From the IMG/VR virus record IMGVR_UViG_3300025137_000016: a stretch of DNA of 64,000 nucleotides. One strand, 5' to 3'. Position numbers and translations under genes: made by a program. Every line of letters begins with the position of its first letter. The first letter of the stretch is position 1. This document shows, piece by piece, positions 55,579 to 64,000 of this stretch. Origin of the DNA: a virus. The notes under the pieces were generated by a model, which ran no database searches, was not told where the DNA came from, and worked only from the letters and a program-made list of their open reading frames with translations.

Positions 55579-56356
55579 TGTTGTAAGTCAAGCTCCAGGA
55601 GTAATGACTTCTGACAAGGCAGAACTATTTGAATCTATTAAAGACCTAGATCTAGACTTAGAGATTTATGAGACAGTAAGAGAATTCGATTATGCCAAAT
55701 ATTTTCCTGCAAAACTTGCAAATGAAAATAGAGAGCGATTTCTAATCAATCATGAAAATGACTTTGTCATTCATCTACCTGAGAATGCTAAGATACAACG
55801 AGATTTTAAAGTAGTATGTGAAGCAGTACTTAATGAAGAAATAGATCTGGTACTTCAAGCTGGTAAAAGAGATTATTTTATCGACGATGAAGCCTTTGAA
55901 ACCCAAGAACAATTTCTAAGAGCAGTACTAGAAGTATATTGTGCTGAGGGTAAGAATACAATGTTTAAACACCCTGTAGAATATATCCAAAATATAATGA
56001 TGTGCTCAGCACCCTATGTTGCACAGTATGTACCTTATGCTAATGAAGCAGGTGTGTTTAATCCATTCGTTGGGTACTCTAGAAAGTTTGCTGAAAAGTA
56101 TTCGTATGATGAAACTATCAGACCATCCGATATATTAAACAATCACAATGCCCTTATGTTGGCACACTATGAAAAACTAAAGATCAAATATATTAGATCT
56201 AATGCTATATGGGAAGAACATATTAGTATGCAGAATCTAATAAACAGTGGTCAATGGGAACTTTATACTGACATATGGAAAGACCAAATGAAGAAAGCTA
56301 TCCCCAAGTTTTCTAAAAATATCACTAGACGCAAGATAGAGTTTATCTCCAATTAA
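55550..56356 (+). CDS. Hypothetical protein
   Basis: Long ORF in operon; no motif recognised. Confidence 0.6.
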   Translation: MKMTKKILIDVVSQAPGVMTSDKAELFESIKDLDLDLEIYETVREFDYAKYFPAKLANENRERFLINHENDFVIHLPENAKIQRDFKVVCEAVLNEEIDLVLQAGKRDYFIDDEAFETQEQFLRAVLEVYCAEGKNTMFKHPVEYIQNIMMCSAPYVAQYVPYANEAGVFNPFVGYSRKFAEKYSYDETIRPSDILNNHNALMLAHYEKLKIKYIRSNAIWEEHISMQNLINSGQWELYTDIWKDQMKKAIPKFSKNITRRKIEFISN

Positions 56357-56401
56357 CTCTTTTTCCTCATTTTTAAACTAGAAAAGACCTAAATATAATA
56401 C

Positions 56402-56821
56402 ATGACTTGGTTATTAGAAGACAACGTCTTCACTGATTATAAAGATTATTATGGTTTCATTTATGAGATTACCTGTAAAGCTACAGGGAAATCTTACATT
56501 GGTCGAAAATATTTTACAAAAGCGAAAACACTGCAGCCATTGAAAGGCAGAGTCAATAAAAGACGTAGCAGAGTTGAAAGTGATTGGCAAAATTATTGGG
56601 GATCGTCAGCAATCCTACACGAAGAGATTAACACGAAAGGCGAAAGTAGTTTCGAAAGAAAGATACTTCACCTTTGCAAAACACGTGGCGAGGTAAATTA
56701 CTGGGAAGTTAAAATAATGTTCGAGCGAGATGTGCTGAATGCAAAACTTCCTAATGGTGAATACAAATATTACAACGAAAATATTATGATGAAATTTACA
56801 AGATCTAATATAGGAGGATAA
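56402..56821 (+). CDS. GIY-YIG endonuclease
   Basis: GFIY...YIGRK, SDW..YWGSS, YYNENI. Confidence 0.85.
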   Translation: MTWLLEDNVFTDYKDYYGFIYEITCKATGKSYIGRKYFTKAKTLQPLKGRVNKRRSRVESDWQNYWGSSAILHEEINTKGESSFERKILHLCKTRGEVNYWEVKIMFERDVLNAKLPNGEYKYYNENIMMKFTRSNIGG

Positions 56822-56824
56822 TAT

Positions 56825-56971
56825 ATGTGGAATCTTACTGACATAAAAGAATGGATAATCGATACCAAAGACACAATTATGTGGAAGTGGTGGGAGTTAT
56901 CTACAAAAAATAAAATAATAGCAGGTGGTCTTATAGCCATTGCTGTTTGGGTTATATTGCGTTGCATGTAA
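56825..56971 (+). CDS. Small membrane peptide (48 aa)
   Basis: AGGAGG SD, C-terminal TM. Confidence 0.55.
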   Translation: MWNLTDIKEWIIDTKDTIMWKWWELSTKNKIIAGGLIAIAVWVILRCM

Positions 56972-56976
56972 TCTAA

Positions 56977-57003
56977 TAGGGTGGGCACTTCGGTGCCCAT
57001 CTA
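56977..57003 (+). other. cUUCGg stem-loop without U-tract
   Basis: TAGGGTGGGCAC-TTCG-GTGCCCATCTA. Confidence 0.7.
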
Positions 57004-57019
57004 ACGAAGGAGGACTATT

Positions 57020-58285
57020 ATGTTCATGAAAATATTAATGTTAGGGACAGCATTAACTATATCAGGCATTGCAGCATACTACTCAATTATTGGGTTGGCT
57101 ACTATTTTTGCTGCAGCAATGATCCCAGTTATAGTAATGGGTTCTGCGATGGAAGTAGGAAAGCTGGTCACAGTCGTATATCTACATAGATATTGGACTC
57201 AAGCCCACCTCTTACTCAAATCATATTTACTGTTCGCAGTATTCTTTTTAATGTTTATAACAAGCATGGGTATCTTTGGTTTCTTATCAAAGGCACATAT
57301 TGAACAAACTTCACTATCGGTGGAGCAGGTAGCACTTGCTGATTCTATTGATGACAAATTACTTCGCTCAGAAGTAAAGATTACCAGATGGGATAGTGAG
57401 ATAGATAGGTTGCTTAAACCTAATAGTGAAAGAGTTGATGTTCAAATAGGTAATGAGCAAGACACTCTTAATAGTATTTACGATCGTATTACTTCTGAGA
57501 AGAAAGCTATTACTGAAAGAAAAAAAGATGCTAACACTGCATATAATTCCAAAGTAAAAACTATTAATGATACAATCTCTGGCTGGGGAAGTCAACCAAA
57601 AAAAGATGAACAAATTAGTATTGCCAATGGCGAACTAAAAAAAGAAATCGCTACCCTAGATAAAGAGCTGGCAAGTATTGATAAGAAGTATGCTGCACAG
57701 ATAGCAGACTTAGAAAAAGTCATTAAAAGTTATCGTGCTCAGTCAGAAACTAAAACTGATGATATTGATGGTAAAATTGCTACATTAGAAAATAATGTAG
57801 AAAAGGAACAACTCATTGTTGATAAACTAATAGAAGAAAAAATGGTTTATGAGAAAGAGTTTCGTAAACTCGAAGCTGAAGTTGGACCTGTAAAGTATAT
57901 CGCTGAACTAGTATATGGTGAAGCTGATAAGAATGTTCTTGATGATGCTGTTAGATGGGTTATCATTATTCTATGTATTGTATTTGACCCACTAGCTGTA
58001 GCTCTACTAATTGCCTGGAATGGTATGATAGAACCAAGAGCTGTAAAAAAAAAGTTAAAGCCGAGTGATGATGCCAAATACTATTGGCAAAAAATAACTC
58101 AAGAAGCTAAAGTAAAGACGCATGTTGATAAACTTCCAGAGAAAAGAGAAGATTTGCCAGGTCCTGCCATAAGTAAAGGCAAAGAAGTAGACCCTGACAA
58201 TGAACCATATAATCCAGATGCCGACGAAATAAGATCCGACATTAAAGAATTAATTGCTAAGAAAGATAGCAAAAACCCTAAATAG
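57020..58285 (+). CDS. Membrane protein with long coiled coil
   Basis: Three N-terminal TMs (ITSMGIFGFLSKAH), coiled coil, EVGPVKYIA..FDPLAV TM. Confidence 0.75.
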   Translation: MFMKILMLGTALTISGIAAYYSIIGLATIFAAAMIPVIVMGSAMEVGKLVTVVYLHRYWTQAHLLLKSYLLFAVFFLMFITSMGIFGFLSKAHIEQTSLSVEQVALADSIDDKLLRSEVKITRWDSEIDRLLKPNSERVDVQIGNEQDTLNSIYDRITSEKKAITERKKDANTAYNSKVKTINDTISGWGSQPKKDEQISIANGELKKEIATLDKELASIDKKYAAQIADLEKVIKSYRAQSETKTDDIDGKIATLENNVEKEQLIVDKLIEEKMVYEKEFRKLEAEVGPVKYIAELVYGEADKNVLDDAVRWVIIILCIVFDPLAVALLIAWNGMIEPRAVKKKLKPSDDAKYYWQKITQEAKVKTHVDKLPEKREDLPGPAISKGKEVDPDNEPYNPDADEIRSDIKELIAKKDSKNPK

Positions 58286-58323
58286 TTATCTAAATTGAAT
58301 TTTAATTTTAAATTGGATAAAAT

Positions 58324-58617
58324 ATGGGCAACAAGGATTTTGATCTCGACGGAGATGGCAGTGTTTCTAAAGAAGAAATTGAAGCTGTAAAACTACTTAA
58401 AGAATCTGAAGCAGCAGAAGAAAAAGCTGATACGCAAAAGAGTATGGCATGGATCGCTATGGCATCCATGCTAATATTCACTGCATTTCTATTCCTCCCT
58501 TTTATGTCTAACGAACGAGTCTCCGCACTCGGAGATTTACTTGGTCTATTTTACATAGCTCAAGCAGGTGTCGTTGGAGCATACATGGGAATGGCTGCAT
58601 ACATGAGTAGAAAATAA
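58324..58617 (+). CDS. Two-TM protein with EF-hand-like loop (holin-like)
   Basis: DLDGDGSVSKEE then two TMs. Confidence 0.6.
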   Translation: MGNKDFDLDGDGSVSKEEIEAVKLLKESEAAEEKADTQKSMAWIAMASMLIFTAFLFLPFMSNERVSALGDLLGLFYIAQAGVVGAYMGMAAYMSRK

Positions 58618-58631
58618 AGTAAAGGGAGATT

Positions 58632-58913
58632 ATGGAAGATGTTTTATTATTAGTAGGTGAACTTGGTTTACCAATTGCTGGTTGTATTTTTTTAGGTGGC
58701 TTTATATATGTCATTCTAAATTATATATTATCAGGTGTCACTGATCAAGTGAAGACTATGCATGGAATTATTTCAATGCTGGACAATCGTATCAAAAATA
58801 TGAACAACGATATGATTAAACTTGATATCCTAATATCACATTCACTAGATCTAAAACCAGATGAAGAGCGAATAGCAAGAGCTGATGGGAAGGAAGATGC
58901 AAGACGTGATTGA
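58632..58913 (+). CDS. Single-TM coiled-coil protein
   Basis: G.PIA TM; LDNRIKNMNNDMIKLD. Confidence 0.65.
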   Translation: MEDVLLLVGELGLPIAGCIFLGGFIYVILNYILSGVTDQVKTMHGIISMLDNRIKNMNNDMIKLDILISHSLDLKPDEERIARADGKEDARRD

Positions 58914-59160
58914 GATTATTAATGAGTATGGCTTTCCAGTGGTAGCTGTAGTTGGTATGGGGTGGTTCATATACTTCATATATAATTACATCACTGAAAA
59001 GATAGCGACTAAGCTAGACCAAGCTAATGCAGTGTTGATAGCACTAATAGATAGAATTCGTATGTTAGATAACGATATTATAAGATTGAAGTCTAAGATA
59101 AATACAGTAATAGAATTGAAGGAAAAACAGAAGGAACATCAAGATGAAAATACTAAATAA
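58897..59160 (+). CDS. Single-TM coiled-coil protein, paralog of upstream gene
   Basis: GFPVV TM; LIDRIRMLDNDIIRL. Confidence 0.65.
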   Translation: MQDVIEIINEYGFPVVAVVGMGWFIYFIYNYITEKIATKLDQANAVLIALIDRIRMLDNDIIRLKSKINTVIELKEKQKEHQDENTK

Positions 59161-59623
59161 TGGTATAAGAGCTCTAGTAGTCTTACTATTTTTAAGTCCA
59201 GCATATGCGGATAACCTTCATTTTGAATTTGGGAATCCTGCTTTCAGTGGCAATGGATATAGTTCTCACGTATTAAGTGTTGAGCAATTGCAATACTCTA
59301 GACAACAAGATGTAAAAGCAGACGAGAAAAGTGCTGCTGCTGCAGCAAAACGACTAGAAGAAAATACTACAATTGCGAAGTTTATAAAAAATGTAGAATC
59401 TAGAATATATGCTAACTTGTCTAAACAACTAGTTGACAATATGTTTGGTACTGGATGTGATGCTGAAACTGTAAACTGCCCAACCAGTGGTACATCAACT
59501 GTTGAGGGTGCTACAATTTACTGGGTTAAAGATACGACCACTGAAATTATCACCCTTACCATTACAGATGAAAATGGATCTGTCACAAGCATTAGTGTAC
59601 CTATCGGCGATTTTCAGTTTTAA
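59144..59623 (+). CDS. csgF: Curli assembly protein CsgF-like
   Basis: Signal peptide then L.F.F.NPAFSG.G; C-terminal G..T.I.VP; precedes csgG. Confidence 0.8.
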   Translation: MKILNNGIRALVVLLFLSPAYADNLHFEFGNPAFSGNGYSSHVLSVEQLQYSRQQDVKADEKSAAAAAKRLEENTTIAKFIKNVESRIYANLSKQLVDNMFGTGCDAETVNCPTSGTSTVEGATIYWVKDTTTEIITLTITDENGSVTSISVPIGDFQF

Positions 59624-59634
59624 AGGAGTGCCCA

Positions 59635-60477
59635 GTGCGAAGTATATGTAAGAGTATAGTCTTGTTGTATATACTGCTTATTGCAGGTTGTGCAACAGTA
59701 CCTCAAAAGATTCAAGATTATAACGAGCTTGGACCTTTTCAGCATAAGACTCCTACACATGAATTATTAACAGGTCTACCAGAATTAGATCAGGAAACAA
59801 TAACAATAGCAGTTTATTCTTTCACCGATAAAACTGGGCAAAGAAAACCCAGTACAAATTTTTCACAATTGTCAACTGCTGTATCTCAAGGACCAGAAGT
59901 CTGGGTGATACAAGCATTAAAAGAAGCTGGCAATGGTACTTGGTTCAAAGTTGTTGAAAGAGGTGGGTTAGATAACCTCGTTAAAGAAAGACAACTGATA
60001 CGATCTACTAGAGAATCGTATGAAGGACAAGAAGCAAATAAGAATAGTTTAAAACCACTATTGTTTGCTGGTCTTATATTAGAAGGTGGGATTGTTTCCT
60101 ACGATACTAATATAGACACTGGAGGTTTTGGTGTTAGATACTTTGGCATCGGTGCTCATGAAGAGTATAGAGTTGACCAAGTGACTGTTGCTCTAAGAGT
60201 TATAGCAGTACAAACTGGCGAAGTGATGCTCGCAGTATCAAGCACGAAAACTATCGCTTCACATAAAACTGGACTGGATGCTTTTCGGTTTATTGATATG
60301 GGAACTAGAGCGATAGAAGTTGAAAGTGGAGTTAGTTCCAACGAACCTGTAAATTATGCCATAAGATCTGCAGTAGAAAACTGTATTATAGAGATGATTA
60401 AGCAAGGAGAGAAAAACTCTCTATGGAAATTTAAGGAGAAAAAGTATGTACCAGATATTAAAAAAGACTTACATTAA
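59635..60477 (+). CDS. csgG: Curli secretion channel CsgG
   Basis: IAGC lipobox, AVYSF.DKTGQRKP, STAV.QG, WF.VVER.GL.NL.KERQ.IR, EGGIV.YD. Confidence 0.92.
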   Translation: MRSICKSIVLLYILLIAGCATVPQKIQDYNELGPFQHKTPTHELLTGLPELDQETITIAVYSFTDKTGQRKPSTNFSQLSTAVSQGPEVWVIQALKEAGNGTWFKVVERGGLDNLVKERQLIRSTRESYEGQEANKNSLKPLLFAGLILEGGIVSYDTNIDTGGFGVRYFGIGAHEEYRVDQVTVALRVIAVQTGEVMLAVSSTKTIASHKTGLDAFRFIDMGTRAIEVESGVSSNEPVNYAIRSAVENCIIEMIKQGEKNSLWKFKEKKYVPDIKKDLH

Positions 60478-61153
60478 TATTATTTCTGTTGTATTCATTA
60501 TGACTGTGTCATCCTATTTGTATGCGAATGATATTTATGTCACACAGTCTGGGGCAACTCTAGATTTAGACATCACACAGGATGGACAAAATAACACAGT
60601 TGGTAATTCAACCACTGCTTCATCATCTATCGGAGCCACTACTAGTTTAAACATTGATCAAGTAGGAAACTCGAATGTTATTACTTATGCTATAAATGGT
60701 GCTTCTTATACAGGTGTTATTAATTTAGCTGGTAATAGTAATAATGTAGATTTAAATTGTGATAGCACAGGAGGAAACTCTTCTTGTGGATCTGCTAATG
60801 CTGTAATCAATTTCACAGGTAGTTCAAATGATATAGATTTAGATATTGGTCAAACCTCGTCAGCATCAAGTGCTGATGTTGATTTAGTTGGTCAATCAGG
60901 ATCTGATTCAAATACTTTGGCAGCAACTGTAGATGGCAACTCTGCTATCTTAACAATCACTGTAAATGGTGATACAAATAACTGGCTAATCGATATAGAT
61001 GGTAATGGTGATGTCAATGGACATACCTTAATACATTCTCATACAGGTGGAATAGCTGATGTTGATATTGTTCAATCTGGTGTTAATGACCAAATGATTA
61101 ACTTGACAACTTCGGGAGATAACCATGACATCGATATCAGTCAGACTGACTAA
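60446..61153 (+). CDS. Secreted curlin-like repeat protein
   Basis: Signal peptide; repeats of I.Q.G..N. Confidence 0.7.
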   Translation: MYQILKKTYINIISVVFIMTVSSYLYANDIYVTQSGATLDLDITQDGQNNTVGNSTTASSSIGATTSLNIDQVGNSNVITYAINGASYTGVINLAGNSNNVDLNCDSTGGNSSCGSANAVINFTGSSNDIDLDIGQTSSASSADVDLVGQSGSDSNTLAATVDGNSAILTITVNGDTNNWLIDIDGNGDVNGHTLIHSHTGGIADVDIVQSGVNDQMINLTTSGDNHDIDISQTD

Positions 61154-61238
61154 CATTGTCGGAGATAATCTAGGCAATTTTTTTCATGATATAATACACG
61201 ATCCATCAATCATGTTAATTCTATCGTTTAGTTTCTAA

Positions 61239-62354
61239 ATGAAATTCGCTTTACCATTAACTGTATTGTTCATGCTTGTACTATGCTCTCAAGAAGTGAA
61301 AGCAAGTATAGGAGAAGTGACACTACATGAAGGCAACGGAAGTATTGAAAGAAAAACTAATGGCGAATCTGTCACTACTGAAAAAGAAGTAGATGTATTC
61401 AGTTATGATACAGTTAAAACTGGAAATGGTAAAACTGCTATTGAGTTTATTGACGATACCAGAGTTGATGTCACAAGTCATAGTAAATTAGTCATTGATG
61501 AATTTGTTTACGATCCTAATACTAAGACAGGAAAGTTATCATTAAAAGCTAGTCTCGGAACAATAAGATATGCTTCTGGTCAGATAGCAAAAAACTCAGC
61601 AACAGATGTAAATATTACTACTCCAACAGCAACCATTGCTGTAAGGGGAACTGACTTCACTATGACTGTAGATGAGGTTGGGTCTTCTACTATTATATTA
61701 TTACCAAGTTGTGATACCACAGGTGCTTGTTATGTAGGGGAGATAGCTGTAGAATCTGATGCTGGATTTGTAATATTAAACCAAGCATTCCAGGCAACAG
61801 TAGTTGATACAATATCAAGTCAACCTATGAAGCCAGTGATACTAAATTTAGATGAGGAGATGATTGGTAATTTATTAATAGTATCTAAACCAAGAGAGAT
61901 AGCAGAAGAACAATCTAGGGAAGATTCGTATAACCAAGTTGCTAGTGCATTAGATATAGATTTTTTACAGTTTGATGATTTAGAAATAGATTACTTAGAA
62001 GATGAAGAAGATACTTGGTCAACTGGATTAGATATAGATTTTTTAGAACAAAATTTTCTAGTAGATATTTTGGCTCAGATAAATAAAGAACTTGCTAAAG
62101 CTATGCGAAGCGAGTTTGATAAGAAAAAATCAACTAGTAATGTTCAATTAGGGAAAGACCCTGTCACTGGTATTATAATTTTAGATGAAGATCCTCAATG
62201 GGTTTATTCTAGAGAAGGTGCAGGAAACTTTTTTGAATTAAGATTAGATAAGGAATATGGCTATGTCATTTCATTTACACAAAACGATTTTCAAATTATG
62301 GATTACGAACTAGGAGGAGCAGAAAATGTTATCGACATTCTTCAAAATCAGTAG
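61239..62354 (+). CDS. FecR-domain protein
   Basis: D.V.TG.G...I.F.D.T, TPTATIAVRGTDF. Confidence 0.85.
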   Translation: MKFALPLTVLFMLVLCSQEVKASIGEVTLHEGNGSIERKTNGESVTTEKEVDVFSYDTVKTGNGKTAIEFIDDTRVDVTSHSKLVIDEFVYDPNTKTGKLSLKASLGTIRYASGQIAKNSATDVNITTPTATIAVRGTDFTMTVDEVGSSTIILLPSCDTTGACYVGEIAVESDAGFVILNQAFQATVVDTISSQPMKPVILNLDEEMIGNLLIVSKPREIAEEQSREDSYNQVASALDIDFLQFDDLEIDYLEDEEDTWSTGLDIDFLEQNFLVDILAQINKELAKAMRSEFDKKKSTSNVQLGKDPVTGIIILDEDPQWVYSREGAGNFFELRLDKEYGYVISFTQNDFQIMDYELGGAENVIDILQNQ

Positions 62355-63699
62355 CATACTTGTATTAAGTTTTTTACTCTCATCTAAAGCATGGGGTGGT
62401 AGTCTTAATTACGAAGTCTGGGGTATCTCAACTTATGCTCCTATGTTAGAATCACCTTGTTATAATAACTATGCGTATCTTTCTACATGTAATAATACAA
62501 ACTGGGCAGGTGTTGGTGTGTCTCAAGGAACTGGTACTCTTAGTAGTTTAAATTATAACTGGAATAGTGGTCAAATAAATTTTGGAGGGAACACCAATTT
62601 TGGCTACGACCAAAAAATGGCAGTCATCACAGGTTATTGGCAACATCCAGGAACAGCTGGTCAATCATCAACAGTATATTTTGCTGGTCGTAATGATGAT
62701 GGTCTTATAGTAAATATTAATAATACCAAAGTAATATCTGACTGGGCACAACAAGGTCCAACATATTGGAACTCCAGTGGTTCATTTACAGGTGTGGGTG
62801 GTCAATGGTATCCAATAATGATTAACTGGTATGAATGGGGTGGTTCTGCTAATATGGATATACATTATAGTTTATCTAATTTAAGTTTAAACTCTACAAG
62901 TGGTTGGTTAGATATGAACAACAATCATTTTAGTACATCAGCTCCAGTGACAGCAACAGTTGCAACAAGTGGTCAATCAAGTTTGGTCACCACAGGTAAA
63001 GGAGCAACAGGTGAGGGAGTAAATCTAAATGTACAAGGGGATAATAATGATATCAATATACAACAAGCTGGGAACAACAATTTTATCGTAGGTACTAACT
63101 GGTCAAGTGCTGCTCAACTTACTGGAGATAATAATACTATAAACTTCAGTCAAGGAAACCACAATACAAGTGGCAGTAGTGGTAGTAATGGTATCGGCTT
63201 TGATATTACAGGGGATAGTAATACTGTGAGTATATCCCAAGGAGATGCTTCTGCTGATACTGGTGATCATAGAGTATGGATGGATATTGATGGGGATAGT
63301 AATGTGTTATCTCTATTACAAAAAAACAATGGCGATACTAACTCTGAGCATTACATGCATATTGATATTGATTCTAGTAGTAATAATGTATTGGCTTATC
63401 AACATAACGATGGAGATAAAACATTATTCTTAGATATAAATAATAACAGTAATGATGTGGATATATTTCAGTATGGTACTGGCTCACATTTTCTTGATGT
63501 ATTATTGGATTCAGGAAGTAGTGCTCATGATATAGATATCACGCAGGACGGAGCAGGAGATCATGGAGCAAGAATAGACTTGTCTGGATATTCATATGAT
63601 TTTGATTTATCACAAGATAGTGGTAGTTCTAAAAGCTATGTCGTAGAAGGTATATGTGCAACCTCTAGTGGTTGTAGTTTATCTACCACACAAAACTAA
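62326..63699 (+). CDS. Secreted PA14-domain + curlin-like repeat protein
   Basis: ITGY...NDDG..V.IN...I..W, YEWGG (PA14); C-terminal Q.G/N repeats. Confidence 0.7.
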   Translation: MLSTFFKISSILVLSFLLSSKAWGGSLNYEVWGISTYAPMLESPCYNNYAYLSTCNNTNWAGVGVSQGTGTLSSLNYNWNSGQINFGGNTNFGYDQKMAVITGYWQHPGTAGQSSTVYFAGRNDDGLIVNINNTKVISDWAQQGPTYWNSSGSFTGVGGQWYPIMINWYEWGGSANMDIHYSLSNLSLNSTSGWLDMNNNHFSTSAPVTATVATSGQSSLVTTGKGATGEGVNLNVQGDNNDINIQQAGNNNFIVGTNWSSAAQLTGDNNTINFSQGNHNTSGSSGSNGIGFDITGDSNTVSISQGDASADTGDHRVWMDIDGDSNVLSLLQKNNGDTNSEHYMHIDIDSSSNNVLAYQHNDGDKTLFLDINNNSNDVDIFQYGTGSHFLDVLLDSGSSAHDIDITQDGAGDHGARIDLSGYSYDFDLSQDSGSSKSYVVEGICATSSGCSLSTTQN

Positions 63700-63711
63700 C
63701 TAAATATAATA

Positions 63712-64000
63712 TTGGCATATAGTAAAAAAGTCGTAGACCGATTCGAAAGTGTTCTACGCAATCCAAAAAAACATTCGGTTGGTAGATTCAATCCGAAGGA
63801 TGCTGATGTTGCGACAGGTATGGTAGGAGCTCCTGCTTGTGGTGATGTAATGAAATTACAATTGAAACTTGATAGAGCCAACGATCCTGATAAAGCTAAG
63901 ATCGTAGATGTTAAGTTTAAAACATATGGGTGTGGTTCTGCTATCGCATCTTCTACTATGTTTGTAGAAATGTTAAAAGGTAAAACTATTGAAGAAGCAA
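63712..64000 (+). CDS. iscU: Fe-S scaffold IscU (truncated by window end)
   Basis: Hand translation: MAYSKKVVD..., GAPACGDVMKLQ, FKTYGCGSAIASS; TTG start. Confidence 0.9.
   Translation, partial: MAYSKKVVDRFESVLRNPKKHSVGRFNPKDADVATGMVGAPACGDVMKLQLKLDRANDPDKAKIVDVKFKTYGCGSAIASSTMFVEMLKGKTIEEA

Noticed and set aside
56402-56821. Mobile homing endonuclease
   Set aside because: Only a short catalytic GIY-YIG domain with no DNA-binding tail or intron context. It looks like a resident nuclease.
325-63881. Minus-strand ORFs in the track (e.g. 17130-17795, 45684-46157, 35466-35924, 63696-63881)
   Set aside because: They are antisense shadows of well-supported + strand genes, with no motifs or SD.
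1-64000. tRNA/rRNA genes and alternative genetic code
   Set aside because: No cloverleaf or rRNA-like sequence noticed in the short intergenic gaps. Core genes are full length under code 11 and use all three stop codons.

Overview
A 64 kb, AT-rich (roughly one-third GC) segment of a T4-like myovirus genome, probably infecting an aquatic proteobacterium (host not determinable here). Essentially all real genes are on the + strand under the standard code. Order: gp3, uvsY, uvsW, iscA, gp55, gp47, gp46, peptide deformylase, a VWA/peptidase + MoxR-type AAA pair, gp45, gp44, gp62, regA, a fibre-like gene, hsp20, gp43, uvsX, gp41. These are followed by a six-gene putative DNA-hypermodification cluster, internal-head/structural genes, an embedded spanin pair, gp61 primase, nrdA/glutaredoxin/nrdB with several 2OG-Fe(II) oxygenases, a GIY-YIG nuclease, a curli-like (CsgF/CsgG) cluster and a truncated iscU. 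The best candidate for an undescribed system is 25898-31468: TET/JBP dioxygenase + FkbM methyltransferase + aGPT-Pplase/amino-acid:DNA-transferase-like protein + myo-inositol-1-phosphate synthase + HAD phosphatase + P-loop kinase. This suggests an inositol-derived pyrimidine hypermodification, with the dioxygenase carrying the same C-terminal clamp-binding-like motif as the DNA polymerase. Non-coding signals read directly from the sequence include two classes of repeated sigma70-type promoters, an antisense promoter that could be an R-loop origin, a ROSE-like thermometer, a candidate pseudoknot leader and strong GTWAC avoidance. All family assignments come from motif recognition by eye, not database searches.
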